Assembly: GCA_034211115.1 (NCBI GenBank)
Contig: JAXHTH010000210.1
Coordinates: 546 to 64,545 of the forward strand
Direction of reading: 5' to 3'
Origin: Planctomycetota bacterium
Lineage (GTDB): Bacteria; Planctomycetota; Phycisphaerae; Phycisphaerales; SM1A02
DNA: 64,000 nucleotides
Positions 56,404 to 64,000 of the stretch are shown piece after piece. Numbering within the stretch: the first letter of the stretch is position 1; each line of letters starts with the position of its first letter. A program made the position numbers and the translations under genes. The notes beneath the pieces are model-generated. The model was given only the letters and a program-made list of their open reading frames with translations. It made no database searches and was not told the origin of the DNA.

Positions 56404-56432
56404 CACGGAGGGCCACGGAGGGCCACGGAGAG
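56404..56432. repeat. short tandem repeat (CACGGAGGGC x ~3) in 5' leader of PDZ-protein gene
   Basis: CACGGAGGGCCACGGAGGGCCACGGAGAG. Each unit contains a Shine-Dalgarno-like GGAGG. Confidence 0.6.
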
Positions 56433-56471
56433 ATAGGAAGGGTTGGCTGAGTATGGTGCGGAGGCTGTGTG

Positions 56472-58784
56472 ATGAAGTCGATAATGTGTGTGGTCGTTCT
56501 TGTGCTGATGTTGCCGCTTGCGGTTTCGCGCTTCGCCGGCGCGCAGGATGATGCGACCGAAAAGCCCCTCTCCGAACAGGGGTACATAGGCCTGGCCCTG
56601 CGCGACATCCCCGATGGCAACACCGTGGTGAGCTGGCTCTTCCCGGGCCCGCTCAACGGGCGGGGGCTCGAGGCGCCCGATGTCGATCTCGCCCGGCCGG
56701 ATGTCATCGTCGCCGTCAACGGTGAGCCGATGAACGCCGAGCAGTTCAAGGAGTTCATCCGATCTTCAGCGCCGGGGACGCAGGTCGTCATCGAGTACCG
56801 CCGGGCGAAGAACCGCGGCGGGGGGATTCCCGATGCGATCGACGCCGAAGACGAGATCAGGCGCCTGGAGGTCACGCTCGAATCGCGCGAGGAATGGACG
56901 GGCACGATGCGCCGCGGCCGCGGGCACGATACGACGGTGACGTTCGATCAGCCGCACATGCTTGATCCGCACGATCCGGACAACATCCTCGGCAAAGCGA
57001 TCGCCGAGCACGAGCTTGCCGAGCCGCTGGACACGCTGCTCGGTGTCTTTGCGGAATGGCAGGCGCGCGATGATGATTACCACTCCCTCAGCCGCGTCCG
57101 CGCCGGCTTCGACAACCCCTTCTGCCTGCCGGAGCTGGCGCGATGGATCACGAACGGGACGCGCGGCGTGAGCGAAGATCCGCTCGGCGTCGCTGAATCG
57201 TGCATGACCGCGAACCTGGAACCATCCAGGTTTCGGACCTGGGGAATCGCCGGGGGGATTCCGCGCGGGCAGAACACCCGCGAGGACTTCCTCTGCGAAG
57301 CGATCTACTACGCCTCGACCGAGCTTGATCTGGCGCTGGCCGATGTCAAGCCGGGTGCAGCGTTCGCCACCGATTGCGTGAGTTTTCTTCGCGTTCCGAA
57401 ACGAACCTTCTATCTGGCCGGCGACGAAACGCGTGACCACATCGCCGTCATCCGTGAATCGATGGATGTCCGATTCGTGAACCTCGTCCGATCAATCGGG
57501 CACTTCAAGCGCCTGTCGGAGCTCGGCCCCGAGGGTCTTGCGCCGATGAAGCCGACCGCCGTGCCGGCCGAGCTCGCCGGGGCCGTCGAGGGCGAGATCC
57601 TCTCCGCGAGCAACGTCAATCAGATCGGCTGGGTCGTCCTCGGTGGTGACGGACCGAATCGCTACGACATGAGCGTCGTCGTCGGCGTCATGGACCGAGG
57701 CGGCAACGATGAGTACTACGCCACCGGTCTCCGCCTCGGCACGCGCGTGATCATCGACTTCGCCGGCAATGATCATTACACCGGCACGCCCGAGCAGGGG
57801 CCGGGCGGCGCGCTGCTCGGCGTTTCCTTCATCGACGATCGCGCGGGCGATGATGTCTACGAAGGCGAACTTCTCGCCTGCGGGGCCGCGATGTACGGCG
57901 TCTCACTCCTCCTCGATCGAGGCGGCAACGACATCTACAAGGGAAGCGAATGGTCACTCGGCGCGGCCTGCTACGGCGCGGGGATGATCATCGACCTCGG
58001 CGGCGGGTCCGATCAGTACCTCGGCGATTTCCTCTGCGAGGGCGTGGGCGGGCCGCGCGGCTTCGGCTGCATCATCGATGACAACGGACGCGACCTCTAT
58101 CGCGCCAACGGCCCCACGCCCAGCGCGTACGGCACCCCGGCCGTGTACCAGTCATTCAGCCAGGGCGTGGGGTGGGGCTATCGCAACTACGCCGCGGGCG
58201 GCATCGGCATGATCAGCGACCTGGGTGGCGATGATCGGTACGAGGCCGGCGAGTTCGCACAGGGCGGGGCGTACTACTACGGCCTCGGGATCCTGCACGA
58301 TGCCGGGGGCCGCGACCTCTACTACGGCAACCGCTACGGGCAGGGTTTCGGCGTGCACCAGGCCGTCGGCATCCTCGTCGATGATGCGGGCGATGACACC
58401 TACTGGTCGATGACCGCGGCCAGCCAGGGCGCGGCGTGGGACATCGGCGTCGGGCTGCTGCTCGATCGCGCGGGCAACGACACCTACCAGTGCGATGGCC
58501 TGGGTCAGGGCGGGGCGTCGATGCAGGCCATTGGCATGCTCATCGATCTCGCCGGGAAGGATCGTTATGCCGCCGGCGGAGGCGCCACGCAGGGCCAGTC
58601 CGGCGGCAACAGCTATCACTATCACGACACCGGCGCGTTTTCGTTCAGCCTGCTGCTCGATCTCGGCGGTGCCGAGGATCACTACTCGCGCGGCCGGGCG
58701 AACAACGCGACGACGAAGACGGGGTCGCGCAACGAGAAGGCCCCGAAGAACTCGGGGCTGCACGGGCTGGTGATTGATGAGTGA
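56472..58784 (+). CDS. secreted PDZ-domain protein with C-terminal D-x-G-G-x-D-x-Y repeat (beta-solenoid-like) region
   Basis: Signal peptide, then a PDZ-like segment (GYIGLALRD...DVIVAVNGEPMNAEQFKEFIRSSAPGTQVVIEY). About 13 repeats of ~24 aa follow, e.g. DRGGNDEYY, DFAGNDHYT, DRAGDDVYE, DRGGNDIYK, DLGGGSDQY, DNGRDLYR, DLGGDDRYE, DAGGRDLYY, DDAGDDTYW, DRAGNDTYQ, DLAGKDRYA and DLGGAEDHY. GGAGG lies 7 nt upstream of the ATG at 56472. Confidence 0.75.
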   Translation: MKSIMCVVVLVLMLPLAVSRFAGAQDDATEKPLSEQGYIGLALRDIPDGNTVVSWLFPGPLNGRGLEAPDVDLARPDVIVAVNGEPMNAEQFKEFIRSSAPGTQVVIEYRRAKNRGGGIPDAIDAEDEIRRLEVTLESREEWTGTMRRGRGHDTTVTFDQPHMLDPHDPDNILGKAIAEHELAEPLDTLLGVFAEWQARDDDYHSLSRVRAGFDNPFCLPELARWITNGTRGVSEDPLGVAESCMTANLEPSRFRTWGIAGGIPRGQNTREDFLCEAIYYASTELDLALADVKPGAAFATDCVSFLRVPKRTFYLAGDETRDHIAVIRESMDVRFVNLVRSIGHFKRLSELGPEGLAPMKPTAVPAELAGAVEGEILSASNVNQIGWVVLGGDGPNRYDMSVVVGVMDRGGNDEYYATGLRLGTRVIIDFAGNDHYTGTPEQGPGGALLGVSFIDDRAGDDVYEGELLACGAAMYGVSLLLDRGGNDIYKGSEWSLGAACYGAGMIIDLGGGSDQYLGDFLCEGVGGPRGFGCIIDDNGRDLYRANGPTPSAYGTPAVYQSFSQGVGWGYRNYAAGGIGMISDLGGDDRYEAGEFAQGGAYYYGLGILHDAGGRDLYYGNRYGQGFGVHQAVGILVDDAGDDTYWSMTAASQGAAWDIGVGLLLDRAGNDTYQCDGLGQGGASMQAIGMLIDLAGKDRYAAGGGATQGQSGGNSYHYHDTGAFSFSLLLDLGGAEDHYSRGRANNATTKTGSRNEKAPKNSGLHGLVIDE

Positions 58785-58830
58785 GAAGTGATGAGTGATG
58801 AGTGATGAGCGATGAGCGATGAATGGTGAC
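58774..58830. repeat. heptanucleotide tandem repeat (G[T/C]GATGA)n
   Basis: TTGATGAGTGAGAAGTGATGAGTGATGAGTGATGAGCGATGAGCGATGAATGGTGAC. It starts at the stop codon of the PDZ-protein gene, has five clean heptads at 58788-58822, and places TGA in all three plus-strand frames. Confidence 0.8.
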
Positions 58831-58932
58831 TTCCGGGGGCTCGCGACGGGGCTTGTCCCCGTGTTGTGCCGCCAGGAAGCACCAAACGTCCGATCATGAG
58901 CGCCACCCCGATCGCCGATGAAGGAATGAACC

Positions 58933-60315
58933 ATGGACCGGATCCGCCTGCAACCCGTCCTCGACTGGCTGAAGCGCGTGGTCACGCAGCCGCGTGACGA
59001 GCTGACGCGGTGGCAGAAGACGGTGCGGTTCCTGTACGACCTCGGTCGCTACGGGGCGCGTCAGCTTCGGCAGGACGATGCCCCGCGGATGGCGGCGGCG
59101 CTGTCCTACCGCACGCTGTTCGGCCTGCTGCCGGTGCTGGTGGTGGGGACGATGATCGTCCGCGCCATCGGCGGGTTCGATCAGCTCGTCGAGCAGCTCG
59201 GGGAGTTCTTCACCTCCCTCGGCCTGGGCGACTACCAGATGAGCGCGGCGGGCGGGGCCGCCGTCGCCGAGGGGCAGAGTCTCAAGGACTGGCTGCTGGA
59301 TCTCGTCCGGCAGGTGGAGGGCGTGAACCTCGCCGCCATCACCTGGGTGGGCGTGTTCGTGCTCATCTACTCGGCCGTCAGCCTCATGGTCACCATCGAG
59401 GGATGCTTCAACAGCATCGTCCGCGCGCCGGAGGGGCGGTCGTGGTTGAAGCGGCTTCCCATTTACTGGACGGTGGTGACGATCGGGCCGGCGGCGATCG
59501 CGCTCTCGATGTACGTGGACAGCCGATTCAACGACTTCATCGCCGAGCAGGTGGCGTGGTGGGGCGTGCTGAAGGCGGCGCCGGTGCTGTGGAGCTTCGC
59601 CGCCACCTGGCTGGTCATGTTCGCCGTCTACAAGCTGCTGCCGAACACGCCCGTCCGCACGCAGGCGGCGCTGGTCGGGGCGCTCGTCGCGGCGGTCCTG
59701 CTGGAGATCGGCAAGCGGACGATGGGGGCATACATCGGCAACGCGCTGTCCATTCGCCAGCTTTACGGTTCGCTGGGGCTGATCCCGCTGTTCATGTTCT
59801 GGGTCTACCTGATGTGGCTGGTCGTCCTGTTCGGGCTGGAGGTGACGGCGACGCTCCAGTCGCTGGGCGGGCGGACGCTGGAGCAGGTCGAGCGGACGCG
59901 CCGGCCGACCGGGCTGGTCGATCCCGCGTCGGTGCTGACGGTGATGGAGGTCATCGCCGAGCGTTTCGGCGAATCGACGCCGACGACGGCCGACCAGATC
60001 GCCGAAACGACCGGCCTGGCGGAGGCGACGGTGCAGTTGATCCTCCAGCGGCTCATCGAGGCGGGTCTGGTCCACCGTCTGGACCGGGAGGACGGGGCGG
60101 TGAGCCTGGCCCGCCCGCCGGAGCGGATCAGCGGCGACGAGCTGATCGAGGTCGGCTTCGAACTCGCCGATGAGGGCGGCATCGAGCGCAAGCCCGCGAT
60201 CCTGCTCCAATTGCGCGACGCCCAGCGGGCGCTGGCGGCCCGGGCCACCCTGGCCGGGCTCCTGCCCACGCAACCCGTTGGGGCAGCGGATGATAAAGCT
60301 GCCCGCACCCGATGA
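58933..60315 (+). CDS. YihY/BrkB-family inner membrane protein with C-terminal winged-helix-like extension
   Basis: RMAAALSYRTLFGLLPVLVV and later YGSLGLIPLFMFWVYLMWLVVLFGLEV are YihY signatures. The C-terminal ~130 aa (TADQIAETTGLAEATVQLILQRLIEAGLVHRL) looks like a wHTH. Confidence 0.85.
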   Translation: MDRIRLQPVLDWLKRVVTQPRDELTRWQKTVRFLYDLGRYGARQLRQDDAPRMAAALSYRTLFGLLPVLVVGTMIVRAIGGFDQLVEQLGEFFTSLGLGDYQMSAAGGAAVAEGQSLKDWLLDLVRQVEGVNLAAITWVGVFVLIYSAVSLMVTIEGCFNSIVRAPEGRSWLKRLPIYWTVVTIGPAAIALSMYVDSRFNDFIAEQVAWWGVLKAAPVLWSFAATWLVMFAVYKLLPNTPVRTQAALVGALVAAVLLEIGKRTMGAYIGNALSIRQLYGSLGLIPLFMFWVYLMWLVVLFGLEVTATLQSLGGRTLEQVERTRRPTGLVDPASVLTVMEVIAERFGESTPTTADQIAETTGLAEATVQLILQRLIEAGLVHRLDREDGAVSLARPPERISGDELIEVGFELADEGGIERKPAILLQLRDAQRALAARATLAGLLPTQPVGAADDKAARTR

Positions 60316-60381
60316 CCGATAACCGAAACAGGCGTGGCGGGCGGGCCGATTCCGGGCCTTGGTCGTATCGGGAGACATGCC

Positions 60382-61815
60382 ATGGCTGCACGTCCAACGG
60401 GTCGCGACGCCTCTCGGCAGGGCGAGGCGACGCCGGTCAATGTCGAGGATCTTCCCCCCCTCCGCCGGCCTTCCCGGTCGCGGGTGATGAGCGTCTCCCC
60501 CGACGATGCGGCGCGGGCCGACGGGAAGCCGTCGCCGTCCGTGGATTCCATCGATCGTGACGACATCTTCCTCACCCCCCGGGTGGTCGACCAGGGCGCG
60601 TTCAACGACCTGGCCGGCACGCTCCACGCGCTCATCGAGGATGCGGGCGAAGCGATGGAGCGCCTGGACGAGCGGCTCGAGGCGGTGCGGCGGAGCGCGG
60701 CCAAGCCCGCCGCGGCCTCCGATCGGCTCCAGGAGCGCCTCCGCCTCGGGGCCCGCATGCTCAAGGCCTTCCAGGGCCAGATCGATCGCGCCGCGGCGGT
60801 GGTCGGCTCGCTGGATGAGCACTGTCGGCGGACGGAGGCCCTCCAGAGGCAGATCGAGCAACGCCCCGCGGAAATCGAGCAGCGCTTTGCCGAGTTCGAG
60901 CAGCGGGCCGCCGAGATCACCGCCCGCGCCTGGCGGCAGGTTGACAACGCCGTCGGAGAGGCCGTCCGTCGCGCCGAGAAGATGATCGTCGAGAAGCGCG
61001 ATGAACTGCTCAGTCTCGACGAGGCGGAGCGGAGGATCGACCGGTTCACACACCAGGCCCTCCGGGAGATCGAATCGCGCCTCGCCGAGCGGGATGCGAC
61101 GTTCGAGGCCACCGGGCAGCGGCTCGATCAGCTTCGGCATCGGGCGGACAGGCTTGCCGGACTGATCGATGAGCTGGAAACGAGGGCGGCGTCGATCTCG
61201 ACGACGCTGAACGACTCCTCCGGCGAGCTGCGCGCCAAGGCGGCCGAGGCGCGTCGGCTCATTCAGCAGTGCGAGGACATCCGCACAGCGCTGAACGACG
61301 CGCGGCGCGGCGCCGAGGACCGCGTGGACGAGGTGGCCGTGCGTTGCGAACGCCTCGAGGCGTCACTCCGCCGACGACTCGTTCAGACCTCATCCGCCTG
61401 GCAGCGCATGGGCCGATGCATCGGCCGGGCGACGGCGGCGAGCAGGTCGCTGAGGCCGGGGGCGGAGATCGCCGCCGAGCTGCGCACCGTGCTGGCGGAG
61501 CTGGAGCCGTGGAAGCGGCTGCTGCTCGAGACGGAGCGCGACGAGAAAGGCATGCCCCGGCCGGTGGGGCGGATGGTCGAGGGTCTGCGCGGTGGGCTGG
61601 GGCTGGACATGGCGCGGATCTCCGCCACCATGCGCGAGCTGGCGCGGAAGGTCGACGATCTCGGGCTGCCCGTGCCGGCCGGCGCGTCGTCGCCGCGGCC
61701 GGGTGACAACGGGGATGACGATGATCGCGCGCTGCCCATGCCGCAGATCGTCGCCGTCGGGGAATCGGAGGATGATCATCCATCCTCCTCGCGCGGCGGG
61801 TCGTCGACAGACTGA
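60382..61815 (+). CDS. hypothetical coiled-coil protein
   Basis: Long heptad-like Glu/Arg/Leu-rich segments (ALQRQIEQRPAEIEQRFAEFEQRAAEITARAW...) and coding-like GC3. The start is uncertain (ORF open from 60334). Confidence 0.6.
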   Translation: MAARPTGRDASRQGEATPVNVEDLPPLRRPSRSRVMSVSPDDAARADGKPSPSVDSIDRDDIFLTPRVVDQGAFNDLAGTLHALIEDAGEAMERLDERLEAVRRSAAKPAAASDRLQERLRLGARMLKAFQGQIDRAAAVVGSLDEHCRRTEALQRQIEQRPAEIEQRFAEFEQRAAEITARAWRQVDNAVGEAVRRAEKMIVEKRDELLSLDEAERRIDRFTHQALREIESRLAERDATFEATGQRLDQLRHRADRLAGLIDELETRAASISTTLNDSSGELRAKAAEARRLIQQCEDIRTALNDARRGAEDRVDEVAVRCERLEASLRRRLVQTSSAWQRMGRCIGRATAASRSLRPGAEIAAELRTVLAELEPWKRLLLETERDEKGMPRPVGRMVEGLRGGLGLDMARISATMRELARKVDDLGLPVPAGASSPRPGDNGDDDDRALPMPQIVAVGESEDDHPSSSRGGSSTD

Positions 61816-61964
61816 TGCGCCTTCGCTGACAAGCGGGCGGCGGGTCGTTCAGGGACGCGGCGGGGAGTTCCGGAGGTCGGTGCAACACTTGTTGGCCCGG
61901 GCGCTCTTGAGCAGGCTCCGACGCCCGGCGCGGAGCGCCGGGTCGACCCGCGTGGCGCTTGAAC

Positions 61965-62906
61965 TCAGAGCGCGAGGCCCTCGAAGAGGGAGGTGGAGAG
62001 ATATCGCTCGCCGAAGCTGCAGGCGATGGTGACGATCGTCTTCTCGCGGTTCTCGGGTCTGGCGGCGATGCGGGCGGCGGCGCAGACGTTGGCGCCGCTG
62101 CTGATCCCGCCGAAGATGCCTTCCTCGGCCGCGAGGCGCTTCGCCCAGGCGAAGGCGTCGTCGTTGCTCACCAGCTCGACGCCGCCGAGCAGTGAGGTGT
62201 CGAGATTGGCGGGGATGAACCCGGCGCCGATGCCCTGGATCTTGTGCGGGGCCGGCCGCCCGCCGGAGATGACCGGCGACGCGGCCGGCTCGACCGCGAT
62301 GGCCTGGAAGTCGCTCTTGTGCCGGCGGATGAAGCGCGTCACGCCGGTGATGGTCCCGCCGGTGCCCACGCCGGCGACGATGATGTCGATGGCGCCGCCC
62401 GTATCGGCCCAGATCTCCGGTCCGGTCGTCTCTTCGTGAATCGCGGGATTGGCCGGGTTGTCGAACTGCTGGGGCATCCAGGCGCGATCGTCGGCATCGA
62501 CGAGTTCGCGGGCGCGATCCAGCGCGCCGGGCATGCCGTCCGCGGCGGCGGTGAGCACCACGTCCGCCCCCAGCGCCTTGAGCAGCGCGCGCCGCTCGAT
62601 GCTCATCGACTCGGGCATCGTCAGGGTCAGCCTGTACCCGCGGCAGGCGCAGACGAAGGCGAGGGCGATGCCCGTGTTGCCGCTGGTGGGTTCGATGATG
62701 TGCGTCTCGGGCGTGAGGCGTCCTTCCCGCTCGGCCGCGGCGATCATCGCCTCCGCGATGCGGTCCTTCACGCTCGCCATGGGGTTGAAGAACTCGCACT
62801 TCGCGTAGACCGTCGCGTGCTCGGGCGGCACGAGCCGGCGCAATCGCACCATCGGCGTGTTGAAGACGGTGTTCGTGATGCTGTCATACGTCTTGTTATG
62901 GGGCAT
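61965..62906 (-). CDS. cysK: cysteine synthase A (O-acetylserine sulfhydrylase)
   Basis: NPMASVKDRIA (PLP-Lys), EPTSGNTGIALA and GVGTGGTITGV. Start is the ATG at 62906; the track ORF is over-extended. Confidence 0.9.
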   Translation of the reverse strand: MPHNKTYDSITNTVFNTPMVRLRRLVPPEHATVYAKCEFFNPMASVKDRIAEAMIAAAEREGRLTPETHIIEPTSGNTGIALAFVCACRGYRLTLTMPESMSIERRALLKALGADVVLTAAADGMPGALDRARELVDADDRAWMPQQFDNPANPAIHEETTGPEIWADTGGAIDIIVAGVGTGGTITGVTRFIRRHKSDFQAIAVEPAASPVISGGRPAPHKIQGIGAGFIPANLDTSLLGGVELVSNDDAFAWAKRLAAEEGIFGGISSGANVCAAARIAARPENREKTIVTIACSFGERYLSTSLFEGLAL

Positions 62907-62965
62907 CAGTCGGTTCCTGAAGGGCGGCGAGCGGCGCACGAGCAATCGGAGCCTACTATACACGC

Positions 62966-63949
62966 ATGCATGCAGATGGAAGTAATCCGCCCGAGGCATC
63001 CGGTATTCCCGCCACGCTGGAAGAGACGGCGGGGCGGCTGACGGAGTCGATCCTCGCCGATGCCCGCACGAGACACGTTTCCACCGCCTTCCTTCCCGAG
63101 CGCGAGGCGGTGGAGCGGCTGCTCGAGAAGCTGATGTGGCTTCTCTTTCCTGGCTTCTCCCGGCCGCGCGATGTCACCGCCCGGACGATGCAGATCCACG
63201 TCGCGTCGGTGCTCACCGAGGTGAGCCGCGGCCTCTTCGAGCAGATCTCCGGCGCCCTGCGCTACGAGCGAGGCCTCGGGGCCCGCGATGCGACATTCGA
63301 TCGCCGCTGTGCCGAGTGCGATGCACGGGCGCTGCAGATCACGGATGCGTTCATCGCGCGGCTGCCGGAGGTGCGGCGCATCCTGAGCCTGGACGTGCAG
63401 GCGGCGTACGACGGCGATCCCGCCGCCCATCACACGGACGAGACGATCTTCTGCTATCCGGGCCTGCGCGCCATCGCCGTCCACCGCCTCGCCCACGAGC
63501 TGTACCGGCTCGAGGTGCCGCTCATTCCCCGCATGATGAACGAGGATGCCCACTCGGAGACCGGGATCGATATCCACCCCGGCGCGACGATCGGCACGTA
63601 CTTCTTCATCGACCACGGCACGGGCGTCGTCATCGGCGAGACGACCGTCATCGGCGATCACTGCAAGCTCTACCAGAACGTCACGATCGGCGCGAAGAGC
63701 TTTCCCAAGGACGAGCGCGGCCGGCTCAAGCGAGGCGTGAAGCGACACCCCACCCTCGAGGATCACGTTACCGTCTACGCCGGGGCGACCATCCTCGGCG
63801 GGGAGACGATCATCGGCGCCGGGTCGGTCATCAACGGCGGGGTCTTCCTCACCGAGCCCGTCCCCCCGGGGCATGTCGTGCACGGCCCGAAGGCCGAGCT
63901 GTCCCTGCGCAGCAATCCCGAGATGCCGCCGGCGAGCTACAGTATCTGA
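62966..63949 (+). CDS. cysE: serine O-acetyltransferase (long form)
   Basis: DPAAHHTDETIFCYPGLRAIAVHRLAHELY, then hexapeptide repeats GIDIHPGATIGTYFFIDHGTGVVIGETTVIGDHCKLYQNVTIG...HPTLEDHVTVYAGATILGG. It is divergent from cysK with a 59-bp spacer. Confidence 0.85.
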   Translation: MHADGSNPPEASGIPATLEETAGRLTESILADARTRHVSTAFLPEREAVERLLEKLMWLLFPGFSRPRDVTARTMQIHVASVLTEVSRGLFEQISGALRYERGLGARDATFDRRCAECDARALQITDAFIARLPEVRRILSLDVQAAYDGDPAAHHTDETIFCYPGLRAIAVHRLAHELYRLEVPLIPRMMNEDAHSETGIDIHPGATIGTYFFIDHGTGVVIGETTVIGDHCKLYQNVTIGAKSFPKDERGRLKRGVKRHPTLEDHVTVYAGATILGGETIIGAGSVINGGVFLTEPVPPGHVVHGPKAELSLRSNPEMPPASYSI

Positions 63950-64000
63950 CGCGGCGCGGCAAACGCAAATCGCCACATGATCACATTGGCACATTCGCAC

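Overview
This is a high-GC (~68-70%), gene-dense bacterial chromosomal segment. Gene content suggests a Planctomycetota/Phycisphaerae-like genome: giant membrane-anchored proteins, secreted proteins ending in LLxLLxAWGxCP dockerin-like tails, and a stand-alone nuoC. That assignment is inference only. I support about 55 protein genes, one tRNA-Leu(GAG), two decayed IS630-type relics and several repeat families. Housekeeping genes are tag, purH, ribE, gluQ, phhB, mcsA/mcsB, smpB, queE/queD, nuoC, kdsC, rluB and cysK/cysE. They are interleaved with four notable blocks. (1) A ~16 kb glycan/unusual-sugar cluster lies at 15.5-31.5 kb. It holds a 9-gene translationally coupled minus-strand operon (dehydratase, C-methyltransferase, cupin epimerase/isomerase, two aminotransferases, ATP-grasp, amidohydrolase, two more methyltransferases) plus four glycosyltransferase-like genes. 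(2) Several secreted or repeat proteins are present: an FG-GAP protein, an S8 peptidase, an M36-like metalloprotease, a CRTAC1-like protein and a PDZ/beta-solenoid-like protein. (3) A 2.7 kb IS630-derived region (45.0-47.7 kb) has as its main feature a head-to-tail array, with an exact 192-bp period, of only the IS left end. It sits between kdsC and a 1317-aa LptC/LptA-like gene. (4) An interspersed composite palindromic repeat family occurs at three intergenic loci. I found no rRNA, no CRISPR and no recognisable defence or restriction system. All functional calls come from motif recognition by eye; no database search was run. Many long ORFs in the track are antisense shadow ORFs typical of high-GC DNA and were discarded.
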